DNA from: Camelus ferus
Lineage: Eukaryota
Direction of reading: 5' to 3'
Assembly: GCF_009834535.1 (NCBI RefSeq)
Contig: NC_045696.1
Span: forward strand, 116,996,001 to 117,060,000
Length of the DNA stretch: 64,000 nt
Shown in pieces: positions 27,360 through 41,441 of this stretch. Position numbers and translations under genes: made by a program. Every line of letters starts with the position of its first letter. The stretch's first letter is position 1. Under the pieces are notes generated by a model. The model saw only the letters and a program-made list of their open reading frames with translations, did no database searches and had not been told where the DNA came from.

Positions 27360-27707
27360 ACAATAAAACTACAGACATATGCAAAAAATTAATTAATTGT
27401 AAAAGCATTATGCTAAGGGAAAGAAGCCAGGGCTGGGGAGCAGGGAGCTATGTACTATATGATTTCATTAATCTTACATCCTAGGAAAGGCAAAAACATT
27501 GGGGTGGAAAACAAATTAGTTGTCCCTAGGAACTGGAAGATGGGGGAGGGTATTAGTTTTTTGAGGGGAGGAGATACTGTTCCAAATCTTGATTGTGGTT
27601 GTGGTTATATGGCTGTACACATTTTGCAAAATTCACTGAAGTCTACACATAAAAGGGATGATTTTATTGTATATAAATTATACCATTATAAACCTCGTCA
27701 AAAAAAT
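27360..27707 (+). mobile_element. Old L1 (L1MC-like) 3' UTR
   Basis: gcattatgctaagggaaagaagccag, atcttgattgtggttgtggttatatggctgtacacattt, ttttattgtatataaattatacc. Confidence 0.8.
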
Positions 27708-27763
27708 GAATGCATACAATTAATTTAGAATGTCAGTTCTTTGATCTAAATGAAAAGTCATGC

Positions 27764-28290
27764 TATAACAGAGAACAAACTTGACTCCACATTGGATCTA
27801 TTCCTTTAGCTGTAAACTTTGTGCCATGTTGCCTGGGCTTAATCACTCTGCACCTTTTGTAAAAGAATGTTGCCTATAGCTTGAAATATACAGGAGAGCT
27901 CATTCTCAAGGCTCTGCCTCCCAGGCTTGACCTTTAAAGGTATAACACTTTTCCATTCATACAGAGATAAAACATTGCAGAAAAGAAATTAGCAATTGTC
28001 TCATTGGAGTTTTATAGGAACACTGTGACCAGACCTACACGGACAGCTGCAAGAATAAAGGATTCCTATACCAAGAAATTTACAACAATGAGAAGCACTC
28101 TCCCTGCTTTTAGTATAAAAGAAGTTTGAATTCTAACTTGGGTAAGATGGTTCTTTGGGACACTAGTCCACCATCTTCTTGGTCTGCTGGCTTTCCAAAT
28201 AATGTCACTATTCATTCCCTGCCTAACACCTTGTCTCTCAACTTATTGGCCTGTCATGGGGCAAGCAGTATGAGATTGGACTTGGTAACA
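27764..28290 (+). mobile_element. ERV1-class solo LTR (MER34-like), 527 bp
   Basis: Begins tataacagag (decayed TG) and ends cttggtaaca; TATA box tataaaa near 28114; 3' end attggcctgtcatggggcaagcagtatgagattggacttggtaaca resembles the MER34 family; flanks atgc/ctgc fit a 4-bp TSD with one mismatch. Confidence 0.75.
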
Positions 28291-28989
28291 CTGCTACACA
28301 GAGCAGTATGTCCAAGATACCTTCTGTGGAATGAATCATTATTTGCAGGTATAGTCTTCTTAAATCAGCTACTGATTTTTTAAAAACATGCTGATGCTTA
28401 TTCAGCAGATTTGTGGCTTCTGATTTTAATGAAGTCAGTAATACTGCCCCAATGCTGTCACTCATGATAGATATAAATGTCAACATTTTCTTTCAGACAC
28501 ACATTCATCATCAATTTTCTTAAGAAATGGGGATTTGACATTTCATTAAAAGAATTTTTCATATTTGTGAGACTTGTGTTAACTAACAAAAAAGTTTCAC
28601 TACAAAATTTCTTTTAGAGTAGAGAAGTATTCTATATATAGTTCATGTACACTTAAGCTATACTTTCCCATGTTTCATAAGTCCACTAACTTGTGACCTG
28701 GTAATATTATGCATCTTGCGAGCCATGGTGTTACTGGCTGGTGTACAAGGTGTATGTTCTTCTAGGAAAGAATATACATGTATATTTCACATTTGGAAAA
28801 TGTTAGGATAGAAGATATATGTCATTGCTGGGGATCTGTAGTATGTAAGGACACATTAAAATAAGAACTATATTCACTACATAGGCATCTGAGACACTAC
28901 TAGGAAACACCACAGCCAAAGCTGTAAGAACTAACTGGAGATCAACCAGTCCACCTTGGCTTGTTTTAATGTAATGATGAATGATAATA

Positions 28990-30920
28990 ATTTATTAAAA
29001 TAAGAAAAACCTGACACGAATTATAAATCTGATGAGACTACATTACAACTGGCACAAATATGCATATGTGGTTCCCCTCACCAAAAATCCAATAATACAT
29101 ACATACAAAAAAAAAAAAAAAAGAAAAAATGAACATGCACAAACATTCTAAAATTCTAAGTAAAACATTAACAAGTAAAGTTCTAAAAGAAATACTAAAT
29201 AAAACATTAACAAGTAAAATCCAGCAACATGGCCAAGTAACTTTTATTGAAAGTAGGCAAGGATAGTTCAATATTATAAAACCTGTCAAAAGATTTTATT
29301 ATATTAATTGATTCAATAAGAAACAAAGAATTACTTGAATAGATGATGAAAGAAGTGATAAAATTGTTTAATAAGATAGGAATACATTACAAAATCTCCT
29401 TATAATGAAACATTTATTTCTCAAACTGAAAACCAGAAAAATAGTTACTAGAAAAACACTAAGATAATTTCTATTAAAGTCAGGAACAAGAAGAATATTC
29501 TTGTTCATTACCATTTCCATAGTATTTATAATACTAACCAGAGCAATTAGATAATAGAAAAAAAATTAAGGGGACAAAAAATAAGAGTTGTGAAAACTGG
29601 AAATGAGGAAGCAAAAGTGTTATTTGAGGACAATATTATTTCTTACATAAAAACCCCAAAACACCATCTGTAAAATTATTACAAAGAGTAGTAGAAACTC
29701 AACAAGCCAGCTGGTTAGAAAAACAATAAAACATAGGAATCAACAGCCCTCAAATGACGAACATGATTGAATTAGAAAATCAAAACAGTGGAAGAAGAGA
29801 ATCCACTTTATGTAGCAGCTACAAAGATGCAATTACTAGGAATCAAATAAACCAGAAAAGTGCTAGAGCTTTATTGAGAATCCTCCAGAATGATGTAAAT
29901 GGTAGAAATACATAGCACATTTTTGCATATGAGTTTTCAACATTATAAAAATGTCATTTTTCCTACAGGAGATTCCATACCATCAGGATTTTTTTTTTTC
30001 ACTAGCTAATCTTACTCTTAAGTTCCGGTGGACTTCCAAGTAGGTATGATTAGCCAAGTAAAATTCTGATGGAAAACACAGAATGGAATGAGAGTTTTAA
30101 TACATATCAAAAAACTTCTGTAATTAAAACTGTGGAACTAACAAATACAGAGAAAGATAGATAAAGGTAATAGGATAGCAAGTCAAAAAACAGAGACAGT
30201 TACATATAGGAATATGGAATATGATAAACTGGCGATTTTAAATCAGCATGGGGAAGGTGAATTATTGAATAATACTGTTAGAAAAGTGGATAGAAATCTA
30301 GAAAGAAAATTTTCAACCCCTACATGGTACTCAACAGATCAAATGACAGAACTTTTTAATAGAGGTGAAAAAATTAATATAAAAAATGAAACCGTGGTAG
30401 AACAGATATGATGTTTTTAAAGTAATTTCAGAATAGGAAATGCTTCTCTAAGTATGACACAAAACACAGAAGTCATAAAAGGAAACTGATTAATTCATCT
30501 ACATAAAAATCAAAAACTCCACTAAAAGTGGAGAAAACATATATGATTCCCATCACCAGTAAGGTATTCATTTTGTTACCATGTAAAGAGCTCACAGATG
30601 TCAAAAAGAGAATGCCAACAATTTAATTAATCATGAGCGATGAATAGGAACAAAGAATGCCCAGGGAAGAAATTCAAATAGATCTTAAGTACTTTAAATA
30701 ATGCTAAACTTCACTTACAGTAAAATAAATGTACATTAAAAATTATAATAGGAGGCCACTTTTTATCTTAGTTCAAAAGCAATTCAAGCAACGAAATAAA
30801 AGAATGAATATACGGAAATGCTACACAAACATTAGCTATTATTACAATCTTTCAAATAATTTTATAACTTTTATTCAAACCAAAAATTTTAACACAATAC
30901 AAAAGCTCCAGTCCCAAGAC
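28990..30920 (+). mobile_element. Old L1 (L1M/L1ME) ORF2 remnant
   Basis: A-rich degenerate ORF2: aaatccagcaaca, aagtcaggaacaagaagaatattc, ccagagcaattaga, ttatttgaggacaatattatt (LFxDDMI region), gcttctctaagtatgacacaaaa. Confidence 0.8.
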
Positions 30921-31555
30921 ATTCATTTGTTTCCACAATCCATGGAATCACAGTAGAAACATTAATTTTGGTGTTACGATCAAAAGTATGCCCAATTTAA
31001 TCTTCTACATTATTCTTGCCATTGCAGGTGAAGCCAGAACACCACACTTAATGACAATTCTACTTCTTGTCAAAATGGGTATTTGACATTTTGATAACAT
31101 CTGAACTTCTTATGTGGGTCTTTTTTTTTTCTAGAAAAATCAAATAAAATTTGGAAAGACTGATAAGAGCTCTGGTCTTAGATCCCTCTAGTTCAATAAC
31201 TAGAATAAGAAACTCAGTTGGACTGACAGGTGCAATAAGGAAATCTATCCCAAAGACTTATCAGGATCAAGGAAAACTTAGGGGGAGAAAAGGGGCTTTA
31301 GATTAGATTTGAGCTTTAGAAGTTAGACCCCCCTTTTTTCTTCCTGTAAGTTCATTGTGGAGAAAAAGTAAATGATTTCTATTAAAAGGTGTCAACAGAG
31401 CCTGACACTGGAGAATATATTTCTTCCAATGAAAGCAGACTCAAAATAGGTAGATGAATTGCCTCTGTAGCTAACTAACAAGATAAAAATACAAAATGAT
31501 GTCACTACAATAGTCATGAGAATTAGAATATCTTCTATGGCACGATTAGCCTGAC

Positions 31556-31579
31556 CACACACACACACACACACACACA
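31556..31579. repeat. (CA)n microsatellite
   Basis: About 11 perfect CA units. Confidence 0.9.
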
Positions 31580-32699
31580 ATAATACGGAGGTTCGAAAGT
31601 CAACAAATTCTCAGCACAAGAATCTCAAAGAAAATGGGTTTCTTTATTTTATTTTTTTTAAAAAAAGGACAGTAGATTTTCTTTGATGAGTAAGACTGCT
31701 TTGCACAGTGAGTGCATTTAGCAGCTCTAGATGTGAGTCTCAAGAGCCAATTTAAAAACATTCTTTAAACGACAAGTACTTAAAGCATAATGTATCAAAA
31801 GAGAAAGAAACAGCCTATAACCTAGAAAGGGCGAGAAACTTTAAAGAAGAAATCCTTTTCTGCAAGAGTTAGAAACTAGAAATGGTACCAGAGTGCCCCA
31901 GTCTGTTTATACTTATTATTTAAAAAGCCACATTTCAAAAGCAGTGGGGTATAGTAGCAAAATCACAGGCTATAGTAGCAAAATCATAGGCTAGTGTGAT
32001 AACACAGAAAAATCCTGAGCTGCGTCCTGTCCTCTGTAACCGAAAAGCCTGCCTCCTCACTGGGTTGGGTTGTGTAGGAGCAGATAAAGCAGACAGACCC
32101 CGAATGGGAGTCACTATTATCATTAGAGTTTTAGAAAAAGAAATTAGTGCTTCCACCACGTGAAACCGAGGGGCTGGAAGCCAGTCTAGAATTAGATTTC
32201 AAAACTAAATTTAACCACATAATACTGCATAAAAGGAGCACCAGTGACCAGTGAAGACAACTGATATACAAACCTGACCTTTAGGAAATCTGAGATTCTT
32301 TCACTCAAAGAAACATTTATTATGTCAAACCTCTGTTCCAAGCATCCGTCTATGAGAGGGAGATACAAATGAATGATGGCACGGTCAGGGCTTGAAGGAG
32401 TTGACAGCTGAGAGCTTGAAATCTGAGAGCAGATCATTACAGTCCACCTGGCAGCAGAGAGGAAATGTCACCTGCCTCGACTTGGAGCCTCCCAGGAAGA
32501 CTGTAGATAGAAGGTAACCTTCGGGATGGGAGCCTTGCAGGGACCCAGAGGCATGGGTGCACAAGGGATTTGGGGGGCGTCTGCAGCCTCCGAGGTAGTG
32601 GCTAGAAAAGGTGCTGCCAAACCATCCTGAGGGTTCAGATGACACTAAGGACTCTGGATAGTCTCCAAGAGGTGGCAGGAAACGCATGGGTGGTTACAT

Positions 32700-33080
32700 G
32701 ATTAAACGGTCATTCGGCTTTTAACGAAAATCACTCTGGGGCAATGCAGACTGGAGGGGGAGCGAGCAGGCTGGGACAGGGCTTCTGGCTGGAGGAGTCT
32801 AGAGAGAGTAAGGTTGCAATTGTGTCATAAGAAACAGGATCCAAACCAAAGCAGAAGCATGGAAGAGGGAGATGAGGAGTCAAATGAGGGCATTTCTAAG
32901 TGAAATCTCAAAGACTTGATAACCAATTAGTTGGATGGGCTAGATTTCCAGCCTGAAGAAATGGGTGGGTGGGGATGCCAATTTCAAGGTCAGAGAATAA
33001 ATGTATATCATGGGCTAGAAAAGATTATTAGTTCCTTTGAGGACATGAGAATTTTGAAGGCCTTAAGGGAGATGAGAGCT
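32700..33080 (-). mobile_element. L2 fragment
   Basis: Purine-rich antisense L2: aaaatcactctggggcaatgcag, gacttgataaccaattag, gttcctttgaggacatg. Confidence 0.6.
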
Positions 33081-33769
33081 GTATTAAGAGCTAAAAAAGA
33101 AAGCAAAATAAATCTTCCAGGGAATTTATAAGCCAAGAACTATAGCTGACTGTTTAAATTACTGAGTAAACTCTTCATGACTCCAGTTGGTAAATATGAA
33201 TTATACCACAGGTAAAGCTGAAGTCTCTTCTTTTTTGTTTGTAGGCTCTGCTAAGCCAAAATGGATTTGAAAACTTGGTGTTTAGACTGTATCAGCAAAT
33301 ATGCATTGCCTGGGTGAAGCCACTATCTCTGCAGAAGTTGCAATTCTGTTTGCAGTAGTCTTCTTTGACTGTTGGCATTTCTCCAGATGCTTCTCGGGGC
33401 CAGAAGTCTAGCACACCCTCAATTCTTTTTCCTCTCTAGAGGCGTAATCCTACAGGACAACACTGGGGTGAGCAGCCCTGGAGGAGCAGGGTGCTCAGCC
33501 CGGTGGTCAGAAATCCATCTTTCCCTTTCCTAATGGAAAGTTAGCTCCCGGGGCAAAGCAGACACCCGTAAGCAAATGAAGAACACACAGTTCCACTGTG
33601 TAATAAGGGACCCTTGTTCAAGTGTCAGGGCTTTACAGGAAGAAGCGGCATCTTAGGTTTCAAGGCTGCCATTTCTCCTGTATTATGCATCAGCCTGTGG
33701 AATGTGGGACTGTTGAGTTTTTACACCAGGCACACGCAGCAACCTACTTCTCTCACCAAGACACAGAGC

Positions 33770-34275
33770 CACCGCCTCTCATGGCTTATTATGACAAAGC
33801 AGGCTGGCTTTAAAGACCTTCCGTGTCTGGCCTAATTGACTTTCCATTGTGTTCCTGCCTCTACCTTGCCCCTTTCACATCCTCTAAGCTACCTGCTATC
33901 CTCCCTGAAGCTCCCCCACCCCCATTTTAGCCTCAAGTGACACACAAACCGGCAAAGTAAATGGAATACTACTTTTTTTCCTTGTCATATATGACCCCAT
34001 CATTCCCACCCAGAAGTCATTTATTATAGGAAGACTTCCCAGTTCATTCCCCCACAGAAATTATTCCTCCCTCATCCAAATGTGCACAGTCCTTTGCCTA
34101 GACCTCCTGAATACTTTTATCCCTTTCCAACCTATATTATGGTGATTGGTGCACACATTTATTGTCCTCTTAGAGAGACAAGACTGATTTATCCGAAAGA
34201 TCCTAGAATAATGGCTCCGTATATAGTCAGCGTCAATTAAATATCATTGAAAAAACTGTTTGATTGGTTGAATAA
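33770..34275 (+). mobile_element. L2 3' fragment
   Basis: ctggctttaaagaccttccgtgtctggcc, ggaagacttccc, cctagaataatggctccgtatatagtcagcgtcaattaaatatcattgaa. Confidence 0.6.
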
Positions 34276-34455
34276 AGTAAAGACTTCCTCAGAGAGACTG
34301 GGCCCTCCCAGAAGAATGCTGAGTCTGGTCTCCAGGTAATGCAAAATGCCAGAGCCTACAGAAAATATATTGTGGGTATAACTTCCATTCTTAACATGTG
34401 AGCCATCCATTTTACTCTCTATAATGACACCAAAACAAAATTATCTGGTATTTTT

Positions 34456-34730
34456 TTTCTTTTTTTCAAATTGGAAGTATAGTTGATTTACAATGTTGTT
34501 AGTTTCTGGTGATTCAGTTTATATATATATATTATGAATTATATATATATAATATGTATGTATGTATGTATTATTTTTCATTATAGGTTATTACAAGTTA
34601 CTGAATAGAGTTCTCTGTGATAAGTAGGACCTTGTTGCTTGTCTATTTTATATATACTAGTTTGTATCAGCTAATCTCAAACTCCTAATTTATCCCTATG
34701 CACCCTCTTTCCCCTTTGGTAACCGTAAAT
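34456..34730 (-). mobile_element. Short lineage-specific L1 3' end with TSD
   Basis: Same 3' UTR as the 15161 copy; TSD ttatctggta(t/c)tttt at 34441-34455 and 34731-34745. Confidence 0.9.
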
Positions 34731-35434
34731 TTATCTGGTACTTTTAAAGACCATATAATAAAACTTTTCTTATTATTTGTATATCTCACTCATCCAAAGA
34801 AGTGCATTTCTGGTAAATACAGAGATCTAATTCTTGTAAAGCAAACACGTAGATTACTGCAAGGAAGTTCTGAGAACCCACGTGAAAGGTGCTTTGCAGG
34901 GTAAAGAATTCACCTCTAAAGTCAAAAGAATGAAAACAAGTAATTTCCTCCTTCCTCACCCCTCCTCCTGATTCTCTCCTCTCTCTCCCTCACTCTTTCT
35001 TCCTTTCTATTTTTTAGTGAACTTGGAATAAAGTTTAAAGAAAGCACATTATTCAATTTAACACAGTCAGCTCAAGACAAGAGTGCACAGTGGGGAGTTT
35101 CTTAAATCCGAAACATGGTTAGAGGCATAAGAAAGAGATGGAAAAGGTGCTGTTTCAAAAGAGCCCACATAACTGCCCAGTAACAGGTGAGGTTACAAAA
35201 GGTACTTAGGTTACAAGGACTTGTCTTGGGTCTTCTGTAAACGCCACATTCATGGACTGGCTCTCCCTGCAGTGCAGATTAAGACTCCTGTACACAGACC
35301 AACAGACCCCATGTCACCCTCCTTATCTGGAAAGAGGGACCACGCATACAGAATCACAGAGAGTGAGCTTCATAAATCTGCTTCGTAGAAGAACAAACGT
35401 CAGGCTCTGCATGAGCACAGCAATGGGATAGCCC

Positions 35435-35992
35435 CTGGAGCACACAGAATTCTAAGCAGGCTCTCAAGATTCCCAGCTCCTCGCAAACACATCCCATCTA
35501 ACCCCTTTCCCTTGCGTTTGGACAGGACAGTCGATTTGGGGAGGGATTTTGCACATGTAATTAAGATGCATAATCAGTTGACTTTGAGATGATCCTGGGT
35601 GGGGCCTGACTGAGCTCCTAAAAGAAATACACTCCTGCTGCTCTTGAAGAAGGAGGCTGTCCCTCTGTGAGAGGGCCTGGAGAAGAAGCCGTGTGTCAAG
35701 GAGCCGGAAGGAAGCCTTCAGTTCTGGAGAAAAGTCCCAGGCTGACAGCCAGCAAGGAAACAGGGGCTTCAGTCCTGAAACCTCAAGGAACTAAGTTCTG
35801 CCAAGAACCACGTGAACTTAGAGGACGGCCTCGAGCCTCAGCTGACAACTTGGTTGCAGCCTTGTGGTCTTTGGAGATCCTGAGCAGGGGACCCAGCTAG
35901 TCCTTGCCTGGATGTCTGGCCATCAGAAAATGTGACAGGGTAAGTCACTGTATGTGTGGTAATTTACCACACAGAAATAGAAAGCTAACACA
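35435..35992 (+). mobile_element. MaLR solo LTR (MLT1E-like)
   Basis: cagaattctaag, gggattttgcacatgtaattaag, gctgacagccagcaaggaaacagggg, aaggaactaagttctgccaagaacc, ending aatagaaagctaacaca. Confidence 0.9.
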
Positions 35993-36897
35993 GAAACTCT
36001 CTCTAAACATGAAAAGGGGGAGTAAAAGAGACTACTAGTGGCATGTAAAAAATAAAGATAGAGTCATTATAAACTTTTCTTCGTGGGGAGACATCTACAG
36101 AGTGCTGGGTATTTCCTTGAATGTTTTCATGTAACAGCCTTTTACAGACAGACCCAGAAATAATGAAGCTCGTTCTTTTTTATTGACTAATGCCCTTGAT
36201 GATATTTCCAAGCTACGACTGCTGTGACCAGCCAAGACTGAGGATTGACTGCTTCACCTCACTGTGCCCCCTTCCCACTGCACTGGGTACACGACCCCTC
36301 TCTCTGTGCTTCTAATGTTAAGAGACCGAAGCAAAACAGAGAAAAGAAAAACCACTGTTAATTTCCTTTGTGAAGGAAGCATTTCAATTTAACAAATTTC
36401 CTTGGACCATTTTGAACAGGCTATATAGGAGTGCCTAAAACATATGCAAATATGAATGAAATTCTAAACCACCATTACTTTTGAACACTTTGACTGGATT
36501 CTCCTTGATAGAGTCTACTGGGCTACAAACTTCCTTGAGAGCTTAGATCTTGTCTCACTAACCCCAAAGGGAAAGAAGTGTTCTGGCCAAATTTTGATGC
36601 AACTGGAAAATGTAGGCTAATGCACCATTCTGTTTGCAAATGGACAGTTCCCTTTGAAAGTTTTATATCCTCAAAAAGATGTGTTTTTCTCAAATTGTAC
36701 CCTGTGGCAAGTATTTTTAAAAATATGTACTTTATGTACTTATGTGCTCTGTTATTTTTCTTTCCCTTTGTCCAGATTAATATTCATGTACTCAAAGCAA
36801 AAGCCTACTTAGAAAAGATTTTTTAAAGTACATTAGATGTGTGAAAAAAAGGAACTATGGTAGGAGTAAACTATATGCAGGTCATAATGTTAAGACT

Positions 36898-36922
36898 CTG
36901 TGTGTGTGTGTGTGTGTGTGTG
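36898..36922. repeat. (TG)n microsatellite
   Basis: About 12 perfect TG units. Confidence 0.9.
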
Positions 36923-38597
36923 CACGCTTAAGTGTGTCAAGTAAGAAGTATGGTGTGTAATGAGTCAAAGAAATTTGTTGGAGTTACTTTTTCTCCCTAA
37001 ATGGGGTACACTTACTCAATATTGCAAGATTCCTAGTTTTTCAAAGTCTCATTTACATTTAATTAAATGCACAAACCAGGAGACCACGTTTCAAGACTAA
37101 ATATATTTTAGGGTCATTTTATATAAAAAAGATTGATATTTTTCAATTGTTTTAAAAAAAATATATAGTATATGAGAAAAAAACAGTTTCAATTAATGGT
37201 CCACTATTGTCTTTCAATCCTGACAAAGAGCTCACTTCTTAAATATTAAAAAGAAAAAAAAATCCTATTATGTAAAACAATAAAGTGTCACTAGGTGATG
37301 AAACATATTACTAACTTCTTTTATGTTGCCCTGTGATACTACCTCAACTGATAAATTAGTAAGATTATATTATAGGCTTTTATTGGTACATATTTGCTTT
37401 TCCCTGGGAGAAATTTTAGATGATGTTTTAAGATTTATTATTTTCCATTACAGTATTAAATCAATAAAGCTAATAATAATACTGCATGGTGGGTAAGTTA
37501 GCAAGGTGGCTTGTTAGGGTACTGTTTGCTTGCTTATTTTTTCAACAGAATTTTCCAAAATAAAACAAAACAAAAAAACTTACAGGACTATAAAATATAC
37601 CTAACAAATAAGGCAGAGTTAACACTTGCAAATAGTTTTACCTTGCACAAGAAAATAAATGACTATTATAAAAAAAAATCAAGAGACAGAAGGATGATCA
37701 TAGGAAAAGAGCTTCAGGGACAATAATCATACCTATGAAAATTGTGTCAACGCAGAAAAGATAGAATAAGTTAAACTAAATATTTAGCAGGGAAAATGTT
37801 ATGCCATGATACTAGATACAATAAAATTTGTGGTTAAAATTCACTTAAAGTTATATCTTCAAGTTTCAGATCATTCAAGGCATACTGAAATTCAAATGAA
37901 AAGCAAATGAGAAAATACAATCCTCTTTCCTTGAGTGGGGTTTGTTGGGACAAGGGGTCTTCATCAAATGTCGTAGACAAAATTTTGCCAAAATAAACCT
38001 TTACATTACTCATTACTTTGAAACCTACTTCACTGATTTTCAGATTGATTTCACCCAAAGTGGTTCCCTCCAGGAATCCCACAGACCCTTGGAGCACAGA
38101 CCAAGCATGCTCTCCAACAGCTTTACTTTTGCAATTATTCTAAATGCTGGTTATGTGATGATGGTCTTCCCAAATAAGGATTTAAAATGTCTAACCTTCT
38201 ATTGGATTCACAAGCATCTGTAGTTAAAATACAACAAGAGCTATTCCCTAGTCTACCCACCTTTCTCTATGTGCCCTCTGATAATCAAATGTTGCAGTGA
38301 AAGAGGCAGAGGTACCCTCACGCAAATGATCCAAAGCCCCTCTCATTAGCAAATGATAATCTAAAAACATCCCTGCAGTACTTCCCAGGGCTACGCTGGG
38401 ATGATTCACTACATGGTGCTCTCCATTCAACTTTAAATGACAATGAGATAAGTAACTACCACTTACTGATTAGCTCATTTTCAGTAGATGCATTTGTGAT
38501 TAATGTTGAAAGTCTTCGGGGCTTAAATTTGCAACTTTAAGAACACGCAACTCCAAGAAACGGATTGATTCCTAAGGTAATAAATAGTAGTACCCAC

Positions 38598-38706
38598 ACT
38601 CGTGCATGAGATCAGCGGTGGTGACTTTGTGTAGTGGCCGGGTGGTGGGTGTGACGACATTGGCAGGGATCTGAAGTTCTAAGATGGTATTTTCTCTTAT
38701 TATTAT
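38598..38706 (-). other. Candidate 5'-UTR exon (109 nt)
   Basis: Acceptor tttatctgtcttccttag| and weaker donor AGT|gtgggt; locally GC- and CpG-richer than its flanks. Confidence 0.35.
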
Positions 38707-40600
38707 CTAAGGAAGACAGATAAATAATCACATTGCACTTCACTTCTACTGTCTGACACATCAAGAACATAAATGGGGAGGGAAAGGCTAAAGATATAGA
38801 TAAAAACACTGAGAAGAATATTCACAGCAACGACCCTGACGGCTGTAGGCTGGAATGTCAAAAATAACAACTGCACGAAAATCAAGTAAATATTTCATTT
38901 TTCCCTCCTATAAACTTTTCCAACTATTCGTGAAGCACAGAAGTAGGGGATTTACTTCCCACCCACAAGAAGGCTGTGTATCCAGACTACTGGAGTGGAC
39001 ATAAGAGTCAGATGTGTCCTCCCACATCAGCTCCAAGAAATATGCCATCATCGTTAGAAACAATGATACCTGAATCACTGAGCAAGCCTTCGGCACAAAT
39101 GAGTTTCTGTGAGTCTTGTGTAACAGGCAGAAAAAGGAAAGACGGCAGGCAGAAGCAACATACTAGGAGGAAGGTGTGGATAGTCATTGTGAAACCGATT
39201 GATAGCTTTTGCTGAGGGTGAATATACAGACTCCTAATTACAGGGGGAGCCTCTTGAGATCAACTGGCTCAAACAGAGGGGAGTTTGAGAAGCGTGGGAT
39301 GGAACGTGGACCTGACCGTGGTCCTGAAAGAGAACAACTTGCAGATGTTCCCCAACAGTCTCCAAGAATCCACACGCCACATCTTTGTTTTTTAACGGTA
39401 GCTTAATCCAGCTTCACGTCCAATAATACTCGCCTTCAAAAGATATGTTGAAACTTTCTCTTATGATCAGATCAGCCTTTATACTACTCAGCCTCTCCTG
39501 GAGTGTTAAGATAATTCAGGATTGAGGAACGCTATTCCACCATAAAAGCAGCAGTCAGGATTCTGTCAAGCTCACAGCGCTTACAATTCTACAGAAAGGT
39601 TACACTTGGCAATCTTGATTCTGGTTTGCATTTCTTAAACTCAGGGGATCATGCCTCTCCAAAAGACCTCACGGAATTAAGCTCCGGGTACGAAGAACAT
39701 TTCAAACTCTCCCTAGAAATTGAGGGAGCCTTGAAACTCTAGGAGGATACACTGGCAGTTCACCAATATGGACAATTCCCGCTTTCACCTCATAAGATTA
39801 ATAAAAACCAATTCCTTAAAGAGGTACCAAAATACACGTCCCACAGTGAACACTGGCGTCGGCCTTTCTTCACGCTCTTTTCTAAACCTTACAAACCCAA
39901 GAAGTCAAGGGGGGCCAACTACACAAAGTGTCAATACAATGCCGAACCACGCGAGGAAAAAAAAATTCTCTGCACAAATGACACCTTGGCACGAACATCA
40001 GGAAATACACTCCGCTGCTGCAAAAAGGAGGGTGGGAACGAAAGTAATTTACACGAGAAAAATCGTTCTCAAAAAAAGACAAAAAATAAAAACCCACGCC
40101 ACTCATCTAAGTGCAAGACTTACGTGTTCCGTCAAAACGGGTGGCGATGGTGTCGAGGAAGGTGTTCTGGGGCGCCAGTAATCCTTTCATAACCGGCATT
40201 TTTCCAGCGTGGTGTGAAATTCTCCATCAAAGTTTGTCCGGGAGGATGGTTCGAGAGGAAAAGTGCCGAGAAGGGAGAAGGGGAGCGTGATGACGGCAGG
40301 GGAGGGGGCCCGGCGCGCCGAAGGGGCCGCTGGAGGGAAGGGGGAGGATGGAAGGAGCGAGGGAGCGGGTTCCAGCCGCCGCGGCTCCGGCAGGAGCAGC
40401 CCCGAGAGCGCTCTCGGAGCCCGCCCCGCACCTCCAGACTCAGCCCGGCGCAGGCTCCCTCTCCCGCGCCCGCCACCTCCGCCAGCTCCGAGAACCCCCA
40501 CCGGCCCTTCGCGGGCGGCACAGCGCGCCAGGCGCCGCCTCGCCCCCCACCCCGCCCGCTCGGAAAGAGCCCGCGGGGGCCCGGGGCGCCGCGCCCTGAC

Positions 40601-40683
40601 CTCAGGCGCTGGGGGTCATGGAGGGCGGCCCACGAGGCTGGGTGGGGCTCGGAGGCGCGGAGCCTCGTGGTCTCCCGGGGCGC
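40601..40683 (-). other. Candidate 5'-UTR exon (83 nt)
   Basis: Acceptor ctcgctcgtgtttccag| and donor GAG|gtcagg; contains a short uORF ATG ACC CCC AGC GCC TGA. Confidence 0.4.
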
Positions 40684-41441
40684 CTGGAAACACGAGCGAG
40701 CGCGACTCCCCCCCGCCCCCCCCAGGAGCCGGGGAACAAAGACCCCTTTGTTCCCGCTCTGTCCCTCTCCCGGGGAGACCAGAGTCCCGTGGGTGTGGTA
40801 TAGGAGAAGGGGAGGAGACAGGTCGGGCAGGTACCCGGCCGCTCTAGAACTTGGGAGGGGTGAACGTCCCCCGGAGCTGTCCAAGGGAGCCAGGCGCCCC
40901 CGGGGGAGGTGGCCCCTTTCCGGTGCACCTGCCGCGGCGAGGGCCTGCCACCCGAGCAGGGCAGTCTGGAGTTAGTTCCGCGACCCCCTCCCCAGTCACC
41001 CGGGTCTTTCAACCTTGTTACTGATGCCAAGCCCCAAGGTTTGCCCACCTCCCTTTCCTGGGCTCCGAATGTGGTGTTTCAGCTCCTCTCCCTAAATAAC
41101 CATTTGTCTCCCCCATCCAGTCTAAAGAAAATAATAGTAGCTTTTTATAGGGACAATGGATGGTTTCCCATTTTTGGGTGAAATGTGAAATAAATTTTTC
41201 CAGAAAAGTTTGCGGTTGCTATTGATTTGCAATACACAATGTAAGTAACACGGGTCAGGTTGCCTCGTGAAAATCGGTGCAGCATAATTTAACCTCATCT
41301 GCCCCTCTCCTCCCTCCCAGACCGGCATCTCCAGGTAGAAAGGCCGGCCGAGTCCCCGGAACAGCCACAGTCTGGGAAAACGAAAGTGGTCTGTCCCGGT
41401 CCCGTCCCTCTGGCTCGCGAGGGGACTCCCTGGGGACCTAC

